A stretch of DNA of 64,000 bases. It comes from Yuukianura sp. NJ FZ-2021 (Eukaryota). Positions 24,603 through 36,700 of the stretch are shown here, one piece after another. Below the pieces are notes generated by a model. It ran no database searches and had not been told where the DNA came from. It was given only the letters and a program-made list of their open reading frames with translations. Position numbers and translations under genes: made by a program. The stretch covers positions 2,046,001 through 2,110,000 of the forward strand of contig CM102288.1 of assembly GCA_046563655.1 (NCBI GenBank), in the 5' to 3' direction. Position 1 is the stretch's first letter, and each line of letters begins with the position of its first letter.

Positions 24603-27600
24603 TTAGTATCTTCCTGTGATGACTTTCTCTACTGTTTGATTGGCTCTTCTGTAATTTCTCATATCCAGCCAAAATCGAAGCGTGAACCAATAGATGACCT
24701 CGATGAGTGAAAGCAGCGAAAAGCCCAGACAGAGACCCATCACTCCTCCCAAATTGGCTGAAAGTGACAAATAACAAGGTTAAGGAGGCGAGGCACTTAG
24801 GTTAATGTTATGTTAAAGTTATGCTTACAAACGAAATCCTCCCAGGTAAACAATTCATCCCTCTTGTACTGCAAGATGGAACTTTCTCTGAAGAAGATTC
24901 TTATGACAGAGATGGAGGCAGAGACATAGCCGATATCATTCAGGAACGTATGCTTTTCAGCAATGGCTTCTCGCAGCATCTTGGTTTGATTTGGTTCAGG
25001 CTGATTCGGAAAGTTTGCACTGGTGACAGTAGCGTCATAAAAAGTTTCATTGCAGGCTGGAAGACTGAAATTAACAAATAGTAAAGTTTCTGAAAACAAG
25101 AATATCTGTTGAAAAAAAGAAGCTTTTCAGGCTGGAGGTTCCAAGTCCGAGAGTGTCTCAATTGATAAATCAATAAGTTAGTAGTGTCTGGGGCTGTAAG
25201 AGAAAGCACTTTCTCTGTTCCTTACCAAACCTCAGTACAGCTCCGCTCATCTTCTGTCTCCTGGGCTCTGAATTTAAAAATCTTCCGCTCCACTGTACCA
25301 AACCAACACAAAAATGGAGGGAAAATTAGAGAGAAGAAAGAGTCTTGTGGTTTTAGAAAAGAAAAATTTAGAAAGAGAACAAAAAATTGTTAAAAGTGTT
25401 GGTTCTAATTCTGGTTCCAAAGTGAAATTGTATTTAGATGACAAAGCTCAATCCTAAGCTACTCAGTGCTAAAATTTTAACAACCAACCACGAATCTTTT
25501 CTAAAATGTCAAAGAATAGCCATAAGAGGTAATTAAAGATTTTCAACAGTTCAATAATTACCTCTTATGGCTATTCTTTGCTAAAATGTTAACAAAAAAT
25601 TTAAAATCTAAAGTGATCTAATCATAATCATGCTCTTCAGCCCACCAATTTTGACAAAGCTCTCACTCAGATTCAGAATGTGAAATCTATAGAAATTTAA
25701 GATTTCGACAGTGAAAGTTGCTATAAAATTTGTGAACGGCATTTTCAAGTGATTTTGCATCATGCCCACTACTTTCGTGCCAAATTTTAAAATTTTGAAA
25801 CTAGTCAACTTTTTTCTACTACTCTTGCGCTCGCAAGTACCTTGGGATGCCATGAAACTGCTTCCACTCCCACCAGTCCGCTTATTCTGAATTGAATCTT
25901 GAAAAAAAAACAACGATAAATTTCAAAAGCCTATTCCAAAAACTCTCCAATTTTTCAAAGCTGTCGAAAATTGTTTGCACACAGTTATGAAACAAAGTAA
26001 AAACCAATTTCAAAATTTGATGATGTGTTTGCTAAAAGTTTTCCCTAGAGCTAGTACCCTTATCAAAAAATCTTTGCTACTCAAAGACTATCAAAAAGGG
26101 CTATTAGACTCCTATCAAAAACTAAGTGAATAAAAAGTCTATCAAAGACTAACAGAAAGTTCCTAAAGCACTCTAATATTTTCTTTTCTCAAGGAATAGA
26201 GAAGCCCTCTTGTCCATGACCTGTCAGTGGAAGTGAAAGCATGAGATCCTATCTTTCGATACTGTCTCTACATAGACTCTCCCTTCCACTTCCAAATTCA
26301 TTTCCGCTTCAGTCCCTCCTCTTACCAATGGCCTTCCGAACACAGTCTTTCATTTTCATATGGGAACACACGGCATGACTTCCTGAAAAAAAATGAGAAA
26401 GAATGAAAGTGAAAGTGGTGAAATTGAGTGGGAAATTATTTCCTTTGGGCTCCCATAAATTGTCTTTTCAGAATTTCAGAAATTCCACAATTTTACCTGG
26501 CAAGTAGTACGGAATGCACTCACACTCTTCATAAATGAACTGGTTTTCACATTCTAAAAATTCAAAAAAAGTTTTTCAAAAAATGGAATTTTTCTAAAAT
26601 TCATAAAATTTTTAACTTGAAACTACAACTCTCAACCAGGAAGATTTCCAAAAGCAATTATAACTGAACTGAGTGTTAATTTTCGAATTTTGAAGTTAAT
26701 TTTTTAATTTAATTGACACTTACCAACGACACAAGATGATCGAGAGTACTGCTTGTAATGCTGTAGAGGAAATTCGTCGTTGAAGTAACATCCACGACGA
26801 ATTGGATTGAACGTGCGAAGAGCCGATGTACTATAAGTGTCTGTTCCAACAACGCTGACCTAAGAGGTCAAAGGTCAATAAGGCAACATCTCCAAGCAAG
26901 CGTATAAACAGTACAAAAAGCAAAAAGTGATTCTCATACCTGGTTTTCCATCCCTGAAATTTAAAAAAAGTAAAATTTAAAAAACTTCATGGACGAGTAC
27001 AAGGTCAAATAAGAAGTGAACTTTGACCTGGTGCAACGAGAAACCCTTTTTCACCTACAGATGGAAACTCTTCTGGATGATGAACGTAGACCTAATTCAA
27101 TTGCAAAACTATTTTGAAAAAAGTTTCAGCAATTCGAAAACTTTGATTTTCCATTCGACGTCTCTTTTGTTCAAAATTCTTGTCTTACGCGAAGGCCTTT
27201 GAACGAATCTGTTGGAACAGCATCGCATCGCAGCGTATCCAGCATCAGCGTCAATCCACGACTCCGCCCACTCCCTGCTGCCTTGACAGGATACTCTTCA
27301 GTCACTTTGACAATCGGCGGTGGACTGGGAACTACTGGATTCAGTTTGCAGGTCACGGGGTCAGAGCGACACTTGGCAATGTACTTGCAAATACCCGGGA
27401 ATAGGTCATCTTCATACGTTCTTGCGCATGTGTAGCTGTCTGTCGTTGGAGCTGGAGTGGACCCATTGTGACCACTGTTTGGATCTGTCTCCTGCGCAGC
27501 CGCTCCTTGCCGAGCCCAGCGATCAGCGTAGTCAAAAACGGCTTTCTGGAGGTACTCGTACTCACTCTCTTGTCGCAGTACTTCGGCGTCACTTTTCCTA

Positions 27601-29882
27601 AACAACAAGCATAGAAAAGTAAAGGGCAAATGTCAAGGTCATTGCCTCATACACTCGGGCGAACTAGGATACAATTATTGACGTAGGATAGATCGTACGT
27701 AGTTTTGCGTGGCGTCTTCGTTTCGACGGCATTGAAGGAGCAGCAGTATCCAGTATCTGTCAGAACGAGGTTGAACAGTGCTTCGCATGGTGCTGAAATA
27801 CTGTTCCATCGACAGCTTAACAAATAATCCTATAAAAATAAAATAAGTATCAATAGATTAGAAAATATAATAAAAATAATAAAACCGTTTTTAGTAAAAT
27901 AAATTGCTTGCAGGAACTGATGTACATGTTTTTATTATACTAATTATTAAATTATTAGTATAATAAATTCTACTGTTCAGACAGTTAACTTCATGCTGCT
28001 GCGTTGCGCAACTGGCGACTCTTCTTTTCGTTGGAAAACTTCGGATTTGTCGTATATTACGTCGCTCGCATGACTGTCCTCGCCTTTCGACGATAGATGA
28101 ACGTGAACCCAACAATGGAACTAATTTATGACTTAGTTTTTAATACTTATTGTTTTGTGAAATGCTTAAATTTTTTTCCTTGGTTCGTCGTTTCGTATTT
28201 CCAAAAAAAAAGTTACTTGAAATGTATTTTTGATACGTTATAACAACTTTTCTATATTAGCACGAAGTGCTGTTTTTTTTTTAAATTATAACACGGAAAT
28301 AAAACAAACGATGACGGTGTTTTTAGATTACCTGACACTTGGGAGCGACAAGTCGCAGCAGCTTGAGGGCGACGTCAGGCGTTACGGAATTCCGTTGCAG
28401 CAGGTTCTCGTTGTAGTCGTTGTTTCTGCCCTCGGGGTCAACCAGACTGCTTATGATGGCCTTCATCTCCCCAAGAGTTTTGCTGTTGGACATTAAAAAA
28501 AGAGGGCAAAGGTCACAGGTCACAGGCTAAAAGTGAAATTTTGGAAGGTCAAAAGTCATCGTATTATTTTTGTAGATTCTTACTTGTAGCGACATCCTTG
28601 GATGATCAGTTTCTCGTTCACTGCTTTGTTGACAGTACAAATGGTAACGGCTGGAAAAATGACGGATGTGACCTATGGGGTCAAAGGTCAAAGTTAATTT
28701 TTCAAAATCCAGCTTTTAGTTCATTTGTTTTTTGTCTGAAAGTAATTCAGTTGTTACAGGATATGAGGTAGATGCGACGGAAGTAATTACTGGACTATCC
28801 TGCCATCGCTGCACGATTTTACTAATCATGTACCCTGCTGCCGAAATTCCAAAAAGACACCAACAAATCCAAAAGATTCTGTTCAAAATGTGGAAAAAAA
28901 ATCAAAATTTCGAACTTTAGTTTTTCGGAAACTGAAAATTGTCACAAAATTGTACCTTTCTCCACTCGTTCTTTTTTCCTCTGTAATGTACCGATAACCT
29001 GATTGAAAGAAGAAACAAAATTATTCGAACGTAACTTCCCGTTGTATAGAAAAAAAATGTTGCTTAGCAGTTAAATTTTTTCGATGACCTTCAAAGTTTC
29101 GAAACTTTTCGGTTTTTGAAACTTCGTTTTTCAAAATGTTTTCAAAACTAGTTTTAACAAAAGTCTTTCCTTTTTACTCCACTTCGTACTTTTTGTGTTC
29201 ATTTTCGCAATGAAGTTGCGTTTCCAATAAAAGTGAAGCAATGTTTACAGAAAAAATCGTTTCAAAACCCTCAACTGTCTGCTCATAAAAACTTTTTCTA
29301 TTCATGAAAAGTACATAATGCATGGCCATAAAATATTTTTTACTTTCAAAAATCTGCTTTCAAAGAGTAAAAAGTGTAGAAAAGTAGTTTTAAAACGTTG
29401 AGTGGGACATAATTTATATTTTATGGTCTATATAATCCTTGTCTCCTCTGAGAAATTCCATGTGACACTTTCTCTTTTTCCTTTCCTGAGTAAGCTTTTC
29501 TCCTCTTCCGCTTCACTCCCCTAAGCTTAAGTGGTCTTCTTTTGTGAAAAAGTGAACTTTGTTTTAAAATTTCGAAAAGAAAACTTTGTTGCTTACCGTG
29601 AAGTGAAGTAACTTCTGCGTATTTGCTAAATTGAGATCCACAAGTTGGGTATTCATCGTCAATACAAAGAACTTTAAATGCCGGATCTGTTGTTAAGTTC
29701 TGGATGGAATTGGAGTTGCGAAATTGCAATCTCCCCGAAATCCGAATCGGTTTCCAGGCGGGTCTTTTTCGAACAGCACCGATTGCTGCTGCTGCAGAAG
29801 CCTCCGCTGCCAACGTTGCTTTCTTGCGTCTCAGAAGTGCCCATGGAGATTGCATTGCTTTCGTTACGAGGTCTGCCATCAT
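24603..29882 (-). CDS. DEG/ENaC (pickpocket-like) sodium channel subunit, multi-exon
   Basis: TSLHG-YRYI pre-TM1 HG motif; IFWICWCLF TM1; FPAVTIC; TDTGYCCSFN; Cys-rich thumb (YSRSSC, CECIPYYLP, CLPACNET); TM2 GGVMGLCLGFSLLSLIE with G-x-S filter. Confidence 0.93.
25510..25580. mobile_element. 71-bp hairpin / minimal MITE with 26-bp perfect inverted repeats and 9-bp flanking direct repeat
   Basis: caaagaatagccataagaggtaatta (25510-25535) is the exact reverse complement of 25555-25580. ctaaaatgt flanks it at 25501-25509 and 25581-25589. Confidence 0.8.
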
Positions 29883-30730
29883 CTTTCGGGTCCCGATTTT
29901 CGGTGAATCCGGAAGAATATCTCCGATTTTAGACGTTTTTCGACCTATTTTGAAGGATTCTCAGACAACTCTCTTCAAATTTTGAACGATTTTCAGCTAT
30001 TTTTCAGCGCTGAAGAAACCTTTGGTTCGCAAGTCACTGAAAAACTGAAGGGATGATTAAACTTTTCCTTGCACTTTTGTATCTGTTTCTCCGAAAAGAA
30101 AACGGAAATTGAGCTGTCCATTTCAAATCAACTTTTTTCGAAGCAGTTTCCGGAATTTGTCAAAACTTGACAAAACATGGTATCTTGACCTCAAATTACG
30201 TCAAAAGAGGTCAAGTTTTGATTCATCAACCCCAATTGGAAGTTGATTGACTGAGGTCAAGAGGTCAGGTCACGAGGTCACAACAATTGTATTTATTTCT
30301 CGTACTTTATAACCTTAATATTTAATATTTGAGATATTGCAATTGTCATTTATTGGGTTTTTAATAAGTTAAGAAGATCACTTGATTTTTTCATAAGCTA
30401 AAGGGGGAATAACAAGGGAGAAAAAGATTTTGAAATTCTTAGACAAAAACGAGAGAATTTTGTTTTTTGTAATTTTTTTTTGAAGGACTATTTTATGAAA
30501 AACGAAAGTGAGTATTTTGATCCCATGCGATTTGTTGCTAACGTTGTTTTAAAATGGAGTTTTATAGCGCGATTTGTGCGATTTTTGGCTTGACCTTCAA
30601 AATTTCAATCCCCTGTTTTAGAAAAATCAAACCCTTCCGTCACATATTCCTTTCCTGTTTTAAAATTTTCTAAAAACTGGTTTTCTAAATGACTAAAACC
30701 AAATTTTTAAATCAAAATTTCAATAAAAAT

Positions 30731-33700
30731 TTAAACTCTTTTTGGTTCATGTTTTTGTGATAGTTGGTTAAGGACGCGTTGACTGTCGATGCAACGGAGA
30801 CAACGTATGTACGTTCGGACTTCGATTTCGTTTCGTGGTGTCGGTGGAGGTAGCGCTGAAATTCAAAACCCAAATTTCAAAATTTAAAAATCCAACTTCC
30901 AAAACAGCTCAAAAATTCAAATTTTGAGCAAACTTCCTCGGTATTGAATCATTTGAAAAATTGGAGTAGTGAACCAGAACCAACTTATTTTTCCTACAGT
31001 TTTACTTAGGGTATCTCTGTCGTTTTTTTCAAACGGTCTACAAATCCTACTTCAAATTTCCAAAAAATATCAAAATCAAAATTTTTGATTTTGTTACCCA
31101 TTGGTCGGCTTCTGGCGTGTCTCATGGTTCGAATAGTTTGCGCCAACATATGCATTTTTTCAAAATTGACCAATCCATCCGTATAAGTTTTGTTTCCTTC
31201 ATGTATAAACGCCATGTCTTTCAAAATGAGCGGCATAAATAGGATAAAAGGTGGAGTCATTTTGTTAATAGCCATTCTGTAGGGACGCTGATTTCTGGAG
31301 GGGTCAATCAGCGCTTCAAACTCTGCAAATATTTTCCTGGATTTTGATGGAAGACGCTCCCACGTTTGAGTCATGCGACTCACAGCAACATTTCCAAGGC
31401 CCATCACAATTGCAAAGAAGGCATTGATGTTCTGATACTCTTTGCAACTAAAATTGGATTGAAAAAAAAATCGGAATTTAAAATTGATTTTTTGTTAGTT
31501 TTTCTAGAGCGGAAGAAGTTAAGCTGTGCGTCAGCATCAGCACTTTTCAGCAAAAACTTTGTTTTTATCTAGAAAAAACGAATCTTACTAGGCAGCGAGT
31601 TTGAGAAATTTCCGAATCAGCGTCACTCTTTTGCTCATGTTTGCAGTGAGACAAATTTCAGTGGCAACCCAGTACTGGATTTCATTAAAACGACGCAGGA
31701 ACACATCCAGGTTGGAAGTAATTTTACGGAAGTGATGTCTTCCAAAAGTATTGTAAATCAATTCATACTGCAAAAAAAAACACATTAAGATTAATTAATA
31801 ATTATAACATTTATTTGTAATTCCGATTTTAATTAAAAAACTTTCTCTTAAGTTTTGCTTCGAATCCAAAAGTCTAAGCTCGTAGAATACAGGAAATAAA
31901 CTTTTGTAAAATGAAGTACAACTTTGATACTCATAATTGCTAAATTTTAAGTGGATTACACAATAATAATTGAGTTTCGGATTCTGTACTCTAACTTTTT
32001 AAGTTCTGAGATTACAAAAACTTAAGTTAGTAGTGTTGTGGGATGTAGTTTTTAAAAAGTTAATTTAGAAAGTGCTTACTTCGTGGACGCATTTGAATAA
32101 GCTCCAATCCAACATTGTCATGTGGTAGGCAAGTTCTCGTGTAGAAAACATTTCTAGATCAGAATCAGTTCCTTCCGTGGGTCTCTCTTGCTCCGGTAAA
32201 CACGTCTGCAATTGAATTAAAGCAAAGCTTAATTGTGACCAACCAACACTAAAAATACACCTTAAAATACTTACACACTTGAAATTAGGAGTACAACAAT
32301 AAAACCAAAACACAGCTGAATTTCAAACATGCAAGAAATAGAACGCTACAAAATCATTCCGCTAAGATGCGAGTTTTCGAGCATTTTCGAGCAAAAACGA
32401 TATAAGAAAACATACACGGGCGTGTTTAGAAAATACGTTTAAAAAATCGACGTATTTTGACAATCTTGATAATAGAAAATCTAAATTGAAAATAATTATA
32501 GAGAATACAGAATAAGTACCAAAGCATCCAAGTGATCCTTCAATGAAATGAAGATTCTGCCGTTGAGACTCAGGGATGTTGGAATCGACACGTCATTGTC
32601 TTTGAACACAATTTTCTCCCCTAGGAAATTTTTATAGAAAGAAACACAAGAGATTTTTAGAAAGTGGTTCTTCAGAAAAAAATTTTTTTTCCAGTTTCTT
32701 TTTCTAAAAAAAAAATTCTAACTTCGATTCGTAAAATTACAGCCAAATGCCGAAGAAAAATTCTTGAACTTAACTCAACCACCAGCTCTTGTCAAAAATC
32801 TTTTGGAATTTTTCAACTATCTTTGAAATGTCTCCAAATTGAGCGCTACGTTAGTTCTGTTTTAATTTCTGTTCTAAAAATTATTTTGAAAGGTTAAGCG
32901 AGAGGTCACTCACCTGAAGACTTGAGCTCTACTAAAACGAGGTCATCGTGTTTGAGCCCCAGCTTATCCGCTGCTACGTGCTTCAGCGTCTCTGCCGTCG
33001 TTGACAATGGGAATCGCAGTGTACAGTACGTGTGATCCGCACAGTACACACGAAAGATTACTACAAAAAAGTGAAAAAAAAAAAAGAATGAAATAAATAA
33101 ACAAATAAAAAGTATACGAAAAATAAATAAAACTTTTCTGTCGAGTGTCACTTGATTTATGTTTTCCTTCTCACAGTAAATCCTTCACGTAAAATGTAAA
33201 AGTCGACGTGAAAAGAGAAAGTGGACGTGAACCGTAAAAATTGGTGGGAAAACTTTTTATCTTACTGTCATCCGATGGTCTCATTACACAACGTCTGTCT
33301 AGTGGACTTTCATTTTCGTCTCCCCCTGGCGGGGCATTGGCTTGTGGAGCACCGAACAAACTAATTGGTTGACCTGATGGCGGCAATTTCCATTTTTGAC
33401 CTTGGGTCACTGCTCTCTCTTCGTTATAAATTCTGCGCAACTCCATTACTTCCAGCATCAGGTTCACTTCATCATGGAGTGTTCCGTAGGTAGCCGTTTC
33501 CTTTTGAACTTCTTCAAATAACTCCTGAAAGTAAAGAAAAGTAGCAGCATTTTTAAAAACTTTCTCAAAGTTTTTCAAAATGAGTCAAAAAGCGATGAGA
33601 CTCAAGAGAACAATTACGCTCTCAGCATATTCTTCTTTTCTCTTAGAATAGCAAATAAACTTTGTTTTAAAAAACTTGAAAAAAGTTTTAAAAAAAAGTT

Positions 33701-36700
33701 CAAAGCTCATTTAACATTAAATTCAACTTTTTCCCCTATTAAGCTTCCGTGCTTTCACTTTCACTCAACAATTTTTTCTCTTTCTAGAAAAAGTAAAAAA
33801 AAATGAACTTTTCCAAAACTTTTCTTCATTTTACAATTTCTTACTCCCACACAAGCACAAACTCGGGACTAATTTTTCTTTATTTCTTGTAACAAACGAA
33901 ACTGTTGCGTGGGACGTCAGTTTTTAAAAAATCTTTTTCAAAAAAGTCTGTTTCGCTCTTGAAAAATTGTTTTCCAGCATATTTTGAAAAGCCTTAAATT
34001 TTTTCAAACGTGAATCAATTCATCTTGTTCTTGTTTCCTCCTGTCAGTTTTTTAAGCAAGTTTGCAAAACTTGGAAAATCTTCGACGCATTTTCTCTCTA
34101 CTTTTCTTCAAACATGGCCGACTGTCGCAAAAAGACAAAATTACGCTTTCAATTTTTTTTTACCGTAACAGGTTTTATTTTGTTTGAAAACCACGGCCCG
34201 CGGTTTGTTTCAAGTTTGCGGTGTGTCACTGTGTTTCTACTTTCTCCGCACGGTATTCCCCAGGTGAAAGTGTAATTGAAGTCTACAGAAATTGGTTCTT
34301 GTTTCTGGAGCCCCTACGGTGTAAGTTCTTACTTACTTTTTTACTACTACTTTAGGTTAGGTTAAGGTTAGCCTATCCTGAATCTACTACGACCGAAGGC
34401 TTTTTACTACTCCCGACCGTAATTGGAAACTTTTTGCCACAATTTCCTACTGTTCTGTTTCCAATTTTGGACAAGGGAACCCCTCGGGACACTTATACAG
34501 ACGGGACATCGTTTCCCATTTCCAACCAGAAACCCTAAACCTCAATCTTCCCTTGAACAAACATTTCTTTGCAAACCTTCTTTCTCTTGCCGCTGTCCCA
34601 AACAATGCAAAAAACTGCAAATCTTTTTTCATCGTCAATTTCACTGCCAGAACACAAAAGACGGGAAAGATGACTTTCTCCTGAATTTCTTAACAACCGC
34701 GCTTTCTCTACTCAAAATTTGTTCTGCTTTTGTAACAAAAATGTTCATTTATAAAAAAAATAATCATAAAATTCAAAACAGCTTTCACATTCCAGTCTAC
34801 CTTAACCTAACATTATGGTGAACAAACAGCATAAAACTTAGGTTAGGCTAACTTAATCTTAACGTTAACTTAATCTTACAAAAAAGTTGTTATGATTCTT
34901 ACCTGAAGGAACGAATGTGTCACGGATTCTTCAAAAACTGGATCACCTATGGTAGTGACCCATCGATGTACGAATTGAACCACGCGCCGTTTGCAGGCCA
35001 ACAGGAACTCCCTATCTTGACACGAACTTTCAATCCGACAAGTGTGAGTGAAAGTACAAAGTTAAGGAAAATATTTTTCCATTTTCATTTTGAATTCGTT
35101 TTAAATTTCAAAAAAAGGAAGACGGCGGGAGGTGGAGCGTGAACAGAAGAAGCGAGAGAAGCTAAGAATAGATTAAACTAACCTAAGTTAGGTTAGGCTA
35201 ACCCAGTAGCATGTAAAAAAGCGGCTGTAGGAAAACCTTTGTCTGTTTTCTGGTTCCCTTTGAAGCGGAGAAAGTCCCCAGTGTAAATAGAAACTGCGAA
35301 AGGACGTGGATAGGAAATTAAGAGCCCTTGTTCCCATTCTACTCTACACCAAAAGCACCAGCGACGCTTCCTCTGTCACTGGATTTGGAGACAAGAGAGA
35401 AGATGCTCTTCGCATTCAGAAGGATCATAATGAGATTCTTCATAATTAAATCCATCTTCCGTTGAAATGAGCTTCATTTCAAATCCTACGCAGCGCTGAA
35501 GCGCTTTTTTCATTCAGCGCCTACACCCAACACAGTATTCAGACTACGGGTCTCGGATGTCACGAAACGTTATTTTGTGCTTGTACTTGTACTATGAAAA
35601 AGTTTCGAAGTTTGTTCTAATTGTTACTTTATGCTGGAAACAAAAGAGGAACAAATTACTCTGATAAACGTGCTTAATTCGAGCAAGCTTGAATTAGTTT
35701 CTGAGAAAGCTTCTGCCTTTGGTTGTCGCAATTTGCAGAGACACAAATTTCTCAAAAAAAAGGAAGAAAATGTGAAGAAAAGAAAATTTTCAAAAAATTA
35801 ATTCGAAGTTCGCCCCATAAAAAACACAGAGACATCTCAAACTTCCGTTTGCGGAATAACCCACAGGTTTAAGAAAAAGAAATTGTGAGCAGTGCTGAAA
35901 ATAAGCAAAGTAAAAGGCACAGGCGGAAAGCTGGAAAACTAAAAGAAGCGATTTGAATTTTAAAAATTTAAAACGTAAAAATGTATAAAATTTTGGTGCT
36001 CCTAGATTGTATGACTTTGGATATTGTCTTGTGAGTTCCGTCAGCAGTTGATGGATTGGCATGAAGATGATGTGAGTAAAGAGGAAGTTGTCCAGGAAGA
36101 GGTCAGTATCTCCAGAGGTCACGATTACAGGAGTAGCCGAAGTCCGGCGGTTGTCAAGGTCACAACTGGATTTGTCTCTACCGTCCAACCTTGTCTCCAG
36201 TAGATGCTCCAGCATCTTGCCAGGACTTCCGGCCATCACAGAATACCTAAAAACAATCAGCACAACACAACTTTCACCTACTTTCTAAAACTTTTTTTTT
36301 GGAAAGTGAAAGTTTTCTTTTCTTTTACTTGAAGTGTGAGTATGGATTTGCATTGTTTGCTGAGATCTTTTCCAGAACAAGGACGTCTGAGCCGTGTTCC
36401 TTGAGTCTAACCGTGTTCGCTTCCACATCCCTTAGGATCCTGTTAAAGTCCTCCTTGTCCACCCTTAGGAAATGGCAGTTGTCTTCTCTTAACACGATCG
36501 TGGCGGCTCTTTGAATAAGAAAAAGTGGCAGCACCATTACTTTTTAAAGTGGATTGAGTCGTGTTTTAGAACAAGACAACACAAAACAACGAGAGAGACT
36601 GACGCTGGAGGGAGAACAGCAGGAGTCAAATCGCTGGCGGCTCGGGAATCGCTGGAATTGGATTGGAATGTGGGGAGAAGGAAGTAGGGAATCCCTCTCA

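Noticed and set aside
34350..35200. TTAGG-like runs as interstitial telomeric repeats
   Set aside because: Only 2-3 imperfect units at scattered sites.
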